From Azolla caroliniana (lineage: Eukaryota; Plantae; Polypodiophyta): DNA of 64,000 nt. The notes under the pieces were generated by a model. It worked only from the letters and a program-made list of their open reading frames with translations, ran no database searches and was not told the DNA's origin. The stretch spans positions 16,864,001 to 16,928,000 of the forward strand of contig JBHGNT010000018.1 in the NCBI GenBank assembly GCA_043228905.1, given 5' to 3'. Numbering within the stretch: position 1 is the first letter of the stretch; the number at the start of each line of letters is the position of its first letter. A program made the translations under genes and the position numbers. Positions 13,124 to 26,404 of the stretch are shown here, in pieces.

Positions 13124-14002
13124 TGTCGCGTTATTATGCGCGTGCGTGGAGAACAAGGCGGGACCACTGGGGTCTTGGACCGAGGAATAAGTGGGGAAAA
13201 GAGAGAGAGAGAGAGGGAGAGAGAGACACACTCACACACGGATAGACAAAGAAGCGCGCGGGAACGCACCCCAATCAACACAACAGACACAAGTTGGGCA
13301 GGAGATAGAGTATAAGAACGCGTTGTCGTGAAGAAACCCGTCCCTTAGCGCAATCGGTGCATAGCGCGCGTGAACCGGCTCTTCGTGCATGCGCGCCCTT
13401 AATGTATATAATAGGGAATTAAGTACATAGGTGAATCCTGGGTAGTTAGATTCGGTAGGTAGGAAGTAAATGAGGGAGACAGCTCCCTTCTTGACGATAT
13501 AAAGGAGAGGGAGACGCAGGGAGAAGCGATCGCGCATTAAGGAGGACGAAGTGCTGTCGGACCGTAACCGAACGCTTCTCCTGTGTTCATTTTCCATCGC
13601 TCTTCTCTGCAGGTTTTCGGGAGGCTTGCGCTGCTTCGAGGAACGCCCGTGTGCTTCCGGCAGCACCTCCACCCTTTTCTCCTTTCGTGCGCAGACGAAC
13701 AAGCATCGGCATCTGTTCGCCGGCCTGTTCGGTTGTAACCGCTCGCGTGCTCTATTGTGTATTTGATATTCGTTAATATACAAACACTTGTGCCCCCCTG
13801 TGTTTCTTTGCTCATACGTGACCGGGCATCTCTCTCTTTCTCTTTCCCCTTCTATCACCTGCTCTTCGGTTCAAGACCCCGGTGGTCCCGCCTCGTTTCT
13901 CCACGCACGCGCGTAGCAACGCGACATATTTGGTGAACCCGACGTGAAACAAGGCGGCAGAGGAGCAGAAGATGAGGGGGTCAGATCTTGCAGAGGCCAT
14001 GG

Positions 14003-17000
14003 TGTCGAATACCTGTGTATAATGGACGTATTCACACCATCCCGTTTTGGCCATTTATGTAATTAGCATAAAGGGCAGTTGCCCTAAGTCGGTCACTATA
14101 TATAGTGACCTTGTAACCTCTTTGTGAGGTTGGTTGTTGTATTGTTGCTTTATCAAATAAGAAACGCTTTTGTGTCTCTCTCTCTCTCTCTCTCTCTGTG
14201 CAACGACCTACATTCTGTCATACACAGGGAATAAACAGGAATCGAGTGCTTCAAGATCTTCCGCACAGACGACATTGCTTCCAACATCTGGTATCAGAGC
14301 CTGCACAGTAGTCGGTCCCTCAATCCGCTGTCGGCCGTCGTCTCTGCATTCGGTTTCCTGCGTCATTCGAAGAAGAGAGAAGAAGAAGAAAAACCAGGTT
14401 TGCATCTCATCGCGTTAGATCATCTTTGTTTGGAGTAAGCCAGCAGGTTGTACTCCGCTCCCCGTGATCGTAACCGCTTGAGGTGAAATCCCCTTGTGCA
14501 ACTCTGACAACAACCCAAATTCGTGCTTCATCTGGCTGATCGACATTCGGGAGGATCAGTCGGATCCGTCTCTCTCGTCGCTGCAGTCAACCGAAGCAAA
14601 ATCGGTTCAGATAATCGGTTTTAATAATCGGTATTCGGCATATATATCCGAAACGAACCAGGCTCCGACTCGGCAACATTCGGGAAGACCAGTCGGTTCT
14701 GTCCCTCAAGCTACCGAAGTCAATTCGAGCAAGTTCCGAAGCCGAACCGACTCGGGTTCAAATCTGACTAGAACGATATCGGGTGAGCCAACCGGCTGCA
14801 CTCCAACAAGGTTCGTAGTCAACTTCGAACCGAGCTTCGTCAACTGAAACCGAATTTGATGGCATCAACATCCGGCTCGTCAGAAATGAGTCTACGAAAG
14901 TTCGATGGATCGAACTTCAACTTCTGGAAGGAACAAATGCAGGACTATCTCATAGTCAAGGGGCAGATCGATCCCATCGAAAATGAAGAACCTCCAGAAG
15001 GATACAAACCAATTGAGTGGCAAAAGCTGGACAGAATCGTCCGCGCCACGATTCGGATGCACCTATCGGAATCAGTATACTTCACAGTGCAATCGTGTAC
15101 GACAGCATTCGAACTGTGGAAAACACTGTCGGACACTTACGAAAAGAAGGTCGCCGCAACAAAGATGTTTCTGATCCGGCGCCTCTACAACTTGCGGATG
15201 AAAGAGTCCGATTCGGTTCAAGCACACCTCAATGAGTACGAAAGCATAAGCTCCCAAATCTCGTCACAGGGGACGGCAATCGAGGATGAACTCAGAGCAA
15301 TGATACTCATGAGTAGCCTTCCCTCATCATGGGAAACTTTCGTCACAACCGTGTGCAACGCGTCAACCACGGCTGTTAAATACTCCGAAGTCACGAGCGC
15401 AATCCTGACCGAAGCAGCTCGGAGAAAGTCTTTCGCCAAAGACTCAACAGACGACGCTTACGTAGTACAAGGTTCGACAGACCGATCGAACATACGAGGA
15501 AGAGATTCCTCACGACCGCCGAACAATCAGCGAAGACGGAGCCAGTCACGGGATCACCGAATCTGCAACTACTGCAAGAAACCCGGACACATCAAAGCCG
15601 ACTGCCGCGCACTCAAGAACAAGAACAACAAGAAGAGTGGCCGGCATGAGGAGATCAATTACGTCAGCTTCTCAGCTGATGTACTACCGGACGACCCGAA
15701 TATACTATCAATCGAAAATCCAGTCGGATCAGAAGTTCTACTCACGACTGAAGAATCGAGCACATGGCTCTTAGATTCGGGCGCGTCATTTCACGTGACT
15801 CCTCATCGATCCCAATTTCGGCAATATACGATCCGTCACTCCGACTCAGTTCGGGTCGGCAACTCACAACACTGTGACATCATCGGAATCGGCACAGTAG
15901 AGCTCAACCTTGCCGGTGGCTCTACACTTGTACTCCACAATGTCCGACATGTACCCGAGCTCTCAAGGCCATTGATCTCAGTCGGACAACTAGATGAAGA
16001 CGGCATTCGTGCCGGTTTTTCTTCGGGAGGGTGGACACTCCACAGGGGGAACCTCCTGCTTGCTAGAGGACCTAAGATACACTCCTTGTATCCGTTACAT
16101 GTTACACTCAGAGAGGGTAACCTGTTTTTGGTGGATATTCCTGTGTCATCACTATGGCACCGAAGATTAGGACACCTCAGCAAGGCCGGCATCACGCACC
16201 TATCCAGAGCCGGATACATCCCCAAACTCTCCTTCTCGGACCATCAATTCTGCGAGCATTGCCAGTATGGCAAACAAGCAGCCGCATCACACCCGACATC
16301 CGCACCAAGAGAAACGAGACCTCTCGATCTAGTCCATTCGGACGTCTGTGGCCCAATGCCGCATCAGTCTCTAGGCGGTGCCTCTTACTTCGTCACTTTT
16401 ATTGACGACTCGACTCGAAAGGTGTGGGCTTATCCAATTCGCACTAAAGATCGTGTCTTCTCGATCTTCACCGACTGGTTCGCTATGGTAGAAAATCAAA
16501 CCGACCGAAAGCTGAAATGCCTTCGGACCGATAATGGGGGAGAGTTCAAATCCAACGAATTCGTCAAATTCTGCCGACAACGCGGCATCCGACATGAATT
16601 TACGGCACCACACAGTCCGGAGCAAAACGGGATTGCAGAACGAATGAATCGGACAATCCAAGAAAGGATAGTTTCCATGCTCCAACACTCCGGACTGTCG
16701 GATGGCTTCTGGGCAGAGGCTCTACTCACGGCAGTACACATAATCAATATGTCGCCAAGTAGACCTCTAGGACTTCAAATTCCTCAGGAACTATGGATCG
16801 GCAGCAAGCCGAATTACGACAAGCTGAGGATCTTCGGATGCGAGGCGTACGCCCTTATTCCGAAAGATGATCGCCGAAAACTTGCACCTCGGTCCAGGAA
16901 ATGCATTTTCCTTGGATATGGATCAGACGGCGAAATGGGATACCGACTCTGGGACCCCGAACGCAGACAAATCGTTCGAAGTTCGGACGTTGTGTTCAAC

Positions 17001-19349
17001 GAGTCGGCTATGAATCCATCAGTCGAAAAACCGATCGAAGTCCGAAGGGTAACATTCTCCGATGTGCCGACCCTTCAAGAAGGCCCCGCTCTTAACACAC
17101 GGTCAGCTTCACGGGTAGCTGAACCTTATCCTACCGACTCGGACAACTCTGACTCGGCACAGCCGAATGATTCGGTTTCGGACCATCCGACCTCGATACC
17201 CGATGCGACCAGTCCAATCATACCTCGACGATCCGAGAGACTGTCGCAACCTCCGGAGAGGTATTCTCCTGGAATTTTGTTCACCGACGCCGGCGAACCG
17301 ACGTCTTACGAAGAAGCATCGACATCTGTCGATTCGGCCACCTGGCATCTGGCGATGGAGTCGGAAATGCACTCCATCCGTGCAAACAAGACTTGGGATC
17401 TGGTCGAATTACCTAGGAACCGACGTGCTCTTCCTTGCAAGTGGGTTTATCGACTAAAAGAGACGTCTGATTCGACCACCCCAAAGTACAAGGCCAGATT
17501 AGTTGCGAAGGGCTTCCGACAAGAATATGGCGTCGACTTCGACGAGATTTTTTCACCAGTGGTGAAAATGACAACCCTTCGTTTTCTGCTCGGCGTCGTG
17601 GCAGCCGACAACTTGGAGCTGATTCAGCTAGATGTCAAAACAGCCTTCCTCCATGGTGATCTCGAGGAGGAAATTTATATGGAGCAGCCAAAAGGCTTCG
17701 TGGCAACTGGCCAAGAACATCTAGTCTGCCGACTCAGGAAGAGTCTATACGGCCTCAAACAGGCACCGCGACAATGGTACAAGAAGTTCGACGACTTCAT
17801 CCAATCGATCGGCTTCTCCAAAAGCGATGAGGACCATTGTCTCTTCACCAATACAGCTCAAGATGGATCACCCATCTTCCTCATCATTTACGTGGACGAC
17901 ATGCTAATTTCTGGCCGCCACGCGGGCGAACTTGCCGATCTCGTTCGGCAACTGCGGTTGAAGTTTGCCATGAAGGACCTCGGTCCGGCACGACACATCC
18001 TTGGCATGAAGATTAGTCGGCATCGCGATAAACGACATCTTTTTTTGTCTCAGACCGACTATATCGGACGTGTCTTGGAACGCTTCAACATGCAATCAGC
18101 CAAATCTGCTTCAACCCCACTCCCTATGAATCTTCGGCTCTCTCAGCGAGACTGCCCGACATCCGGTTCGGAGGGGGAAGATATGAAGTCAGTACCGTAT
18201 GCACCGGCAGTCGGCTCCCTTATGTACCTGATGGTCGCGACACGGCCTGACATCTCTCATGCCGTAGGAGTCGTTAGCAGATTTATGCACAATCCTGGCC
18301 GATCGCATTGGAACGCAGTCAAGCATGTGTTCAGATATCTGGCTGGCACAAAAGATCACGGCATTCTTTTCGGTCCGAACCGAACCTCAGGCGTAGTCGG
18401 TTACACCGACTCGGACTTCGCCGGCTGTATAGACAGTCGGAAATCAACAACCGGATACTGCTTCAAATTCGGCAATGGAGCAATCTCGTGGAAGTCGAAA
18501 CTTCAGGAGTGCACAGCGACCTCAACGACCGAAGCAGAATATGTAGCTGCGTCCGACGCAGCAAAAGAAGCTTTGTGGCTCGGTCGGCTGGCGCACACGT
18601 TTCGACAAGTCGAACATGACTCGGCTCCAGTTGTCTACAGCGACAGTCAAGGTGCTGTTGCCTTGTCGAAAAATCCGGTTCACCACAACGCCTCCAAACA
18701 TATCGATGTTCGATATCACTTCGTTCGGGACTGCGTCATTTCAGGGAAAATCGGTCTAGAGAAAATATCCACAACCGACAATGTCGCAGATGGAATGACC
18801 AAGTGTCTTTCGGCAGACCGTTTTCGGTCTCTTCGGCATCAGATGGGCGTAACGACAAACCAGTCCGGTTAGAGCCGGACACAGAGCAGGATGGTTCCCG
18901 ACAACCGACATCAGTTCCTTAATGATCGGCTTCAACTGTTCCGACCCGACCAGTTCGGTCTTCTGCCTTCGGACCCTGCCGACTCGAACAAAGCTGATAT
19001 GTCCGAGAACCTAAGTCTATACCTGTAACCTTAGATAACCCATGTATACGCCCATTACGGGGGAGTGTCGAATACCTGTGTATAATGGACGTATTCACAC
19101 CATCCCGTTTTGGCCATTTATGTAATTAGCATAAAGGGCAGTTGCCCTAAGTCGGTCACTATATATAGTGACCTTGTAACCTCTTTGTGAGGTTGGTTGT
19201 TGTATTGTTGCTTTATCAAATAAGAAACGCTTTTGTGTCTCTCTCTCTCTCTCTCTCTCTGTGCAACGACCTACATTCTGTCATACACAGGGAATAAACA
19301 GGAATCGAGTGCTTCAAGATCTTCCGCACAGACGACATTGCTTCCAACA
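14003..19349 (+). mobile_element. Ty1/copia element D, complete, LTRs apparently identical
   Basis: 284-bp LTRs 14003-14286 and 19066-19349; TSD CATGG; PBS TGGTATCAGAGC 14289-14300; PPT GGGGGAG. Confidence 0.97.
14859..18872 (+). CDS. Copia D intact gag-pol polyprotein (~1337 aa)
   Basis: Uninterrupted ORF; CNYCKKPGHIKADC, WLLDSGAS, HSDVCGP..TDNGGEF..ERMNRT, IYVDDM, RNase H YTDSD..EAEY..SDSQ. Confidence 0.96.
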   Translation: MASTSGSSEMSLRKFDGSNFNFWKEQMQDYLIVKGQIDPIENEEPPEGYKPIEWQKLDRIVRATIRMHLSESVYFTVQSCTTAFELWKTLSDTYEKKVAATKMFLIRRLYNLRMKESDSVQAHLNEYESISSQISSQGTAIEDELRAMILMSSLPSSWETFVTTVCNASTTAVKYSEVTSAILTEAARRKSFAKDSTDDAYVVQGSTDRSNIRGRDSSRPPNNQRRRSQSRDHRICNYCKKPGHIKADCRALKNKNNKKSGRHEEINYVSFSADVLPDDPNILSIENPVGSEVLLTTEESSTWLLDSGASFHVTPHRSQFRQYTIRHSDSVRVGNSQHCDIIGIGTVELNLAGGSTLVLHNVRHVPELSRPLISVGQLDEDGIRAGFSSGGWTLHRGNLLLARGPKIHSLYPLHVTLREGNLFLVDIPVSSLWHRRLGHLSKAGITHLSRAGYIPKLSFSDHQFCEHCQYGKQAAASHPTSAPRETRPLDLVHSDVCGPMPHQSLGGASYFVTFIDDSTRKVWAYPIRTKDRVFSIFTDWFAMVENQTDRKLKCLRTDNGGEFKSNEFVKFCRQRGIRHEFTAPHSPEQNGIAERMNRTIQERIVSMLQHSGLSDGFWAEALLTAVHIINMSPSRPLGLQIPQELWIGSKPNYDKLRIFGCEAYALIPKDDRRKLAPRSRKCIFLGYGSDGEMGYRLWDPERRQIVRSSDVVFNESAMNPSVEKPIEVRRVTFSDVPTLQEGPALNTRSASRVAEPYPTDSDNSDSAQPNDSVSDHPTSIPDATSPIIPRRSERLSQPPERYSPGILFTDAGEPTSYEEASTSVDSATWHLAMESEMHSIRANKTWDLVELPRNRRALPCKWVYRLKETSDSTTPKYKARLVAKGFRQEYGVDFDEIFSPVVKMTTLRFLLGVVAADNLELIQLDVKTAFLHGDLEEEIYMEQPKGFVATGQEHLVCRLRKSLYGLKQAPRQWYKKFDDFIQSIGFSKSDEDHCLFTNTAQDGSPIFLIIYVDDMLISGRHAGELADLVRQLRLKFAMKDLGPARHILGMKISRHRDKRHLFLSQTDYIGRVLERFNMQSAKSASTPLPMNLRLSQRDCPTSGSEGEDMKSVPYAPAVGSLMYLMVATRPDISHAVGVVSRFMHNPGRSHWNAVKHVFRYLAGTKDHGILFGPNRTSGVVGYTDSDFAGCIDSRKSTTGYCFKFGNGAISWKSKLQECTATSTTEAEYVAASDAAKEALWLGRLAHTFRQVEHDSAPVVYSDSQGAVALSKNPVHHNASKHIDVRYHFVRDCVISGKIGLEKISTTDNVADGMTKCLSADRFRSLRHQMGVTTNQSG

Positions 19350-19350
19350 C

Positions 19351-21416
19351 ATGGCTTCGGCCGTGGACCGGATAGTGAGTGTGCATGAGGGCATCGGTGC
19401 CCTTGACAGGGCTATTGAGGCGATCGTCGATATGATCGGCCGGTTCAGTGGAAAGGATGCCACGAGTTATTTGGCGTCCTACCGGGCGGAGATGTTGATG
19501 AGGGATATTCCGGAAGAGAGACGTCTTGCCGAATTCCCTCGAGTGGCGATGCCGGGCATCCATGCGGAGGTGCTCGAGGTTCGGGCGGAGATCCGGACCT
19601 GGGAGGAGTTCGAAGGACGACTCCTGGAGAAATACGGGCTGGATGACGCGCTTCGACTTTCGAAGCGGGGCTTCATGGAGTGGGTGGAGTCCCCCAACAA
19701 AGGAAGAAATGCGTCGATACTCCTCCGGGAGTTTGAGGAACGCTTTGCGCGCCTTTCGGCACTTGATCGGACCGTTCTGGACACAAGTCGTGTCCTACTG
19801 TTTGTCAAATCGGTTGATGCACGGGATCGGGGGCAAGTTGGCTCCTTACTGGAAACCGAAGACGGCCTGATGACCGACTGGGCCGCGGTAAAAAGAGTCT
19901 GCGGCCGTTTTGACAAACGGTGGGAGTGGGCGGATATAGAGGTGACCAGGGCGGGACCTCTCGCAGCAAGGAAGCTCGAACCGATACCGAAGGCAAGAAG
20001 GGAAGAGACCTGGGAGTGGCTCGAAACCGGTTCGTCTTCGACCGGCGTGATCAGAGGCTCGTCCGGGGGAACAACTCTGGAGGAGTTGACACGAGCGGTA
20101 AAGGATCTCCAGATCGCCCAGGCTCGGAGGGAAGGCGGCGATCAAGCTCGTGACCGACGGCCTCCGGCAGGAAGTAGGTGCATGTGGTGCGACGAGGTCA
20201 GCCACATCCGGAAAGACTACGGGGACTTTATGGAGGCTTTGAGAAGCCGGGTAGTGTACCTGTGGGAAGGTCGGGTGCACGCCAGCGATACCCGGAGGAC
20301 CCTGAACCGAAACGACGGGCGATGAGGAATGAAAAGGCTAATGGAAGAGGCGGCAACCCGGCACGCGGAGATTGTCCACTACTCAGCATCAGCCGGTATT
20401 CGGGTCGGAGGCAGCGAGGCCCAGAAGGAGAGCAAAGCCGAGTTCTGGCTGACGGTGCTAGAAGGCCTCGCCGGTGCCCGACTGAAGAGAGACGAGGCGG
20501 ACCACGCGGAGAAGCGGGTCCAGGAGATAAGAGGGTGGAGTGACCCGGTCGAAGAAAAGACAGGTTTCGTAGAAGCAGCTTGCCAAAACTACGAGGCTCT
20601 GGTTGAAGACAAACGGGTAGGTAAAACCGGAGGGGCCGGACCCTCACAGAGATACGAAACCCGATTCAGGCCGAAACGGAACGAGGCTGGTGAGTCCGGT
20701 GCCCGGGATAACCACAAGAAGGGCAGATACCGTTTGGGCACTGAGATCGAAAGGACCACGGACCTACGAAAGGTCCTGGAAGAACGAATCCTCGACAACA
20801 AAGTAGAACTGTCGTTGCGGGAGGTGGTCGGAATCGCCAAGAAGGAGTTCCACGACTCCATTGTAGACTTGGTAAAGAGGAAGAGGCTGTCGACGGAGGC
20901 AGAACCGGAAAGGCCAGTGGAGGTGCGGACGGCGCACATAGAGGACATGGCGCTGGAAGACGAGTGGGCGGAGAGCCACTATTCGAGGCCACACTGGGCC
21001 CGAGTGACCACGGAAACCCCGGTGAAGATCGGAGATGTTCAGGAACCGGTGGTGGCGCTGGTGGACCATGGTTCGGAAATAAACCTGATGTCCACAAACT
21101 TTTACAAGAAGTTGAAATGGCCGATCAACACCAAGCACGGGTGGAAGATACGGGCATCAACGCGCGCCATCGAGGAACTACACGGGGCCTGCCCAAACGT
21201 GCGAGTCAAGATCGGCGATGTCGAGATAGACCAGCACTTCTTAGTGCAGGAGACATCCTCGCACCCAGTCATACTGGGAGAATCGTACATTACAGGTCGG
21301 CTTACGCGAGAGTCAAGAGTCAGGACGGGCGTCATTCGGTACAGTTCCTGACGGTGCAACCAAACCACGAGCGAAACCGTGAGTCCCTCGGTGGCGAGAA
21401 CCGAGAGGATTTTTAG
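19351..21416 (+). pseudogene. Element C gag plus aspartic protease, degenerate
   Basis: gag frame with a degenerate CMWCD..H knuckle, stop near 20325, protease LVDHGSEINL, frameshift near 21300; copia D inserted at the gag ATG. Confidence 0.8.
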
Positions 21417-21646
21417 AGAGGGCTATCAAGGAGTGGGGCCGCGACAGTCCGGACACTCCAGGAAAACCCCAAAAATGGACGATAGAGGCGAAACCGAAGA
21501 AACCTTGTACCATAAGTAGGAATTTTTGTTTCTCCGACAACGGAGGGTGTACGATAGTCGGCATCGTAGGCCGAGAAAAGACAAGGGCGGAAGAGCGACT
21601 TCGGGCGTACGGAGTTCTCGGTCCCAGCGAGGAAATCAACGGAGCC

Positions 21647-24600
21647 GTGGAGGCGGTCTCCTTTGACGATACCTTGGGAATACTGCGAGAGGTGGTCGGA
21701 GAGGGCCTTAAAGAGGACCGGACGATACCGGTTTGTTCAGAAGAAATGTACGAAGTCATCGCGGACTTCAGTCGAGGGCTCGAGTCGGATCGGACGGCAC
21801 GGCTTAACATGAAGTACAAGACTGTGGACTGGAAGATAAGGCCAGTCGCGGCACCCTTACCGGAGGGCAGCGAGTTGCGAATCAAGGGGGTCGCGTCGGA
21901 CCCCAGTTTACGAGATCCGGCCTGCATAGGGCACGCCTTCACCGACAGAACGCTACGGGAGCTCAAAATCGGTGGGGGCGGGTTCCTACTGCCGGCGGAA
22001 GAAGACCGGTTTCGGGGAATGCTCAGAAGGCACGAGAAAGCCTTCGCATTCTCACCGGAGGAGATCGGGTGCGTAGACCCGACAGTCGTGAAGCCGATGG
22101 TGATATTCACAGTACCGCATGTGCCGTGGAATCTCAAGCCAATTTCAGTACCGAGAGCTCACATCCCGGAGCTGATGGAGCTATTGAGGCAGAAAGTCGA
22201 TATGGGCATCCTCGAACCGTCGAGTGCCCCGTACTCGAACCGGTGGTTTACCGTACCGAAGAAGAACGGGACGTTGCGCTTCATTCAAGACCTGCAACCG
22301 GTCAACAGAGTGACCATTCGAAACGCAAGAATCAGACCAACGATAGACGAGTTTGTGGAGGCCTTCGCCGGAAGGTCGATCTACTCGGTCGGTGATCTGT
22401 ACTCGGGGTATGACCAGTTCCAACTAGCCGTAGAGAGCAGAGACATTACGACGATGCGGACTCCTCTCGGCCTAGTGCGGATGTGTACCCTGCCACAAGG
22501 AGGGATGAACTCGGTGGCCCACATGGTGAATGCGATGAACAAGGTGCTGAGGGATTGTATCCCGGACATGACCATGCCATTCTTGGACGACATCCCGATC
22601 AAGGGATGTTCGGTGGAGAAAAAGGACGAAACGATCGGACCAGATGGATGCCGGAAATTCGTGGCGACACACATTGACGACTGCGAGAGGGTGCTGCAGA
22701 GGCTAGAGGACGAAAGGCTCACCTTCTTCGGGGAGAAATCGGCCTTCGGGCAATCGGAGATCATGGTCGTCGGACATCTATGCGGAGCGTATGGCCGGAA
22801 ACCGTCTCCGGTTAAGGTGGAAGCCATCTCCGCTATGAAGCCCGATTGTAACTCGGTCACGGAAGTACGGAGGTTCTTGGGAGCATGCGCGTTCTACCAC
22901 ATATGGATCCCGCATTACGCCCACATTGCCGAACCGGTATATGGGTTGCTAAAAAAGGGGCGAAGATTCGAGTGGCGAGACGAGCATACGGAGTCGGTCC
23001 GGAAGATGAAGGAGGCTCTTGCTGTAGCTCCGATACTCCGGAAGGCGGTCTACGAGAAAGGCACTCCCGTCTACATAACGGTAGATACGAGTCCGACCGG
23101 GATCGGATGGGTCGTCAACCAAGAAGATGAGGATGGCATTCGGTTCCCAATCCGGTTCGGTGCGAAGGTCCTCAGCGAGCAACAGCAAGGATACAGCCAG
23201 GTTAAACGCGAACTCTGGGGTATCGTTTCTGCAGTGAAGGCCGATAAAGACTATCTGATCGGGACAGAGGTGATTATCGAGACGGATTGCCTGCCGATTC
23301 TCGGCATGGTTTCCGGATGCGCAACCCCGGACCTGGCAATGCTTAGGTGGATAGCGTACATCAAGTCCCTGGATCCGGAAATACGACACATTTCCGGGAA
23401 AGACAATGCCATGGTCGACATGCTTTCGAGGGCGCGATTCGACGATGAGGGCGGCATGGTTTCAGAGGACGAGGAAGTCAGCGTGGACTTCTTCGAGGCG
23501 GCTTACGTAACAACTAAGGGGGGGAGCACTCCGGCGCTTAACAATTTCAACGAGAGCAAGTACAACGAGGAGTGGTTGCAGATTGGGGGATTCTTGAGGA
23601 CGATGACGTCGGACGCGTCATGGACAAAGGAAGAGGCCAACCGGATCCGGAAGAAAGCGTACCGATTCTTTCTCCGGGACGGATACTTGTGGAAGCACCC
23701 GAAGAAGAGAAACGGCATCCCGCTCCGAGTAGTGGCGATGAAGGAGGAACAGGAGGAGTTACTGAAGGCCTACCACGACAGCCCCTGGGCTGGACACCGT
23801 GGAACGTGGGCCACGTTTGAGAAACTAAAGGGGAAGTACTGGTGGCCGGGACTATACCGGGACGTGCATCGGTTCGTGACGACTTGTGAGAGCTGTCAGA
23901 TACACTCCATAGTCCAACATCGGGACGAGCTTCACCCTACATACCCTCCGGCCATCCACTTCAAATGGATGGTAGATTTTGTGACGATGCCGATGGGCGT
24001 AGGGCAGATGCAATATCTGGTGCTGGCCCGGGAGGACCTGACAAACCAGGTGGAAGGCCGAGCCCTGCAGAACAAAACAACCGCGGCCGTGTGTCGATTC
24101 CTGATCGAGGACGTGATATGCCGGTACGGGTGCGTCGGAAAGATCGTGGCTGACCGTGGGGAGTTGGACGCCGAAGAGGCCGAGGAGCTGTTCGACCGGT
24201 TAGAGGTCAAGCTCTCGCTCACCACAGCGTACAATCCGGAGGCAAACGGGAAGGTGGAGCGCGGGCACGGACCGATCGTGAAAGCGCTAGTCCGGGCGTG
24301 CGAAGGACAGGTCGGGAACTGGCCACGACTGTTACCCTATGCCTTGTGGGCGGACCGGACAACGCACAGTTCGGTAACCGGGTTCATGCCGTCAGAGCTC
24401 ATGTTCGGACAGAAGCCAATCATGCCGATGGAGCGGACGATCTCCTCTTGGGCGACAGTAGACTGGAGAGAAGAGATGAGTCGGGATGAACTGCTAGCAG
24501 CGTGTATCCGGCAGCTCGAGCGAAGGCCAGAGGACGTGGAATGAGCGGCGGAGAGACTTCGGACGGCGAGGATGAGGAACAAAGCCCGGTTCGACCGAAC

Positions 24601-24937
24601 GCACCGGCTTCGACCAAAGAAAATCGAGGAAGGCGACTGGGTGCTAGTCTACAACAGTAGCCTCGATAACCAGCACCGGGCAACACGGAAGTTTGCCAAG
24701 CGGTGATTCGGGCCTTACGTGGTAACCAGCGCCAACGACAATGGGACGTATCACCTGGCGGAACTCGATGGTACGAGGATGGCGATACCGGTGGCGGGGA
24801 AGCGGATCAAAGCGTTCAAAAAGCGCCACGACGGCGAACCGGACCTAATAGGCCTGGACAGCGACGACGAACAGTCCGAAACGGAGGACGAACCGATGGA
24901 CGAAGAACCGGAACTCGGGCCGGTTTTCTCCAACTAG
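21647..24937 (+). pseudogene. Element C pol: RT-RNase H-integrase
   Basis: DLYSGYDQ, LPQG, PFLDDI (RT); VDTSPTGIG..ETDC (RH); YHD..GH..C..C; ADRGE, YNPEANGKVE; stops at 24544 and about 24706. Confidence 0.9.
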
Positions 24938-26404
24938 AGCACAATTTTGGCGCATACCGGTGGATGCACGGTTAGGTGGGGGCGGATGTCGTGAAGAAAC
25001 CCGTCCCTTAGTGCAATCGGTGCATAACGCGCGTGAATCGGCTCTTCGCGCGTGCGCGCCCTTAATGTATATAATAGGGAATTAAGTACGTAGGTGAATC
25101 CTGGGTAGTTAGACTCGGTAGATAGGAAGTAAATGATTGAGACGGCTCCCTTCTTGACAATATAAAGGAGAGGGAGACGCAGGAAGAAGCGATCGCGCAT
25201 TAAGGAGGACGAAGTGCTGTCGGACCGTAACCGAACGCTTCTCCTCTGTTCGTTTTCCATCGCTCTTCTCTGCAGGGTTTCGGGAGGCTCGCACTGCTTC
25301 GAGGAACGCCCGTGTGCTTCCGGCAGCACCTCCACCCTTTTCTCCTTTCGTGCGCAGACGAATAGGCATTGGCATCTGTTCGCCGGCCTGTTCGGTTGTA
25401 ACCGCTCACGTGCTCTGTTGTGTATTTGATATTCCTTAATATACAAACACTTGTGCCCCCTCTGTGTTTCATTGCTCATACGTGATCGGGCGTCTCTCTC
25501 TTTCTCTTTCCCCTTCTATCACCTACTCATCGGTTCAAGACCCCGGTGGTCTTGCCTCGTTTCTCCACGCACGCGAGTAGCAACGCGACAGCGTATATAA
25601 ATATATGTATGCAGATGACTCGAGCGGTTACAGCCGATCAGGTTGGCGAGATGGGTGTCGACACCTGATCACCCACGCACACAGGGGAGCAAGATGGAGA
25701 TTCTGTCGGAAGCACACGGGCGTTCCACGGAGTAGAATCAGCCTCTCGAGAACCTGCGCAAAGAAGCTTACGGAGAACGACAGAGGAGAAGAGCTCGGTC
25801 CCAGTTCGACAACACTTCGTCCCCTCTAGTGCGCGATGTCTTCTCTCCCCCGTCTCCCTCTCTTTTATAGCTCAAGGAGGGAGGCCGTCTTGCCCATTTT
25901 ACATCACATTAATTCTCTGTCCTTTCGGACAGAGATACTCCTCGATTCTCCCTATAGAATATTGCTACCTAGGATCTACCCCTTACGCCTACCTATCTAC
26001 TTTACGACAAGGGACGTGCCCACGTGTAAGGGCCGGTTCACACACATTATACACGGTTTGCGCCTAGGGACGGTTTTCTTCACAACATCCGCCACCACCT
26101 AACCGCGCATCCACCAGTATGCGCCAAAATTGGGTTCCTACAGGAGAAAACCGATCCTTGCTATTATTCCTCGTTTACCGGTTCATCCTCCGCCTCGGGC
26201 TGCTCGTCGTCGCTGTCCATGCCCCCTAGCTCCGGCTCCCCGTCGTGCCGTTTCTTGAACGCTTTGATCCTCTTCCACGCTACCGGTATCGCCATTCTCG
26301 TACCGTCGAGCTCCGCGAGATGGTACGTCCCATTGGCGTTGGCGCTTGTTACTACGTAAGGCCCGAACCACCTCCTCGCAAACTTCCGCGTGGCCCTGTG
26401 CTGA

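Larger units (their letters stand above)
13324..25590 (+). mobile_element. Ty3/gypsy element C, full length, tRNA-Trp primed
   Basis: LTRs 13324-13926 and 24987-25590 (TGTCG...CGACA, a few percent diverged); 4-bp TSD GCGT; PBS TGGTGAACCCGACGTGA at about 13931; PPT before 24987. Confidence 0.92.
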
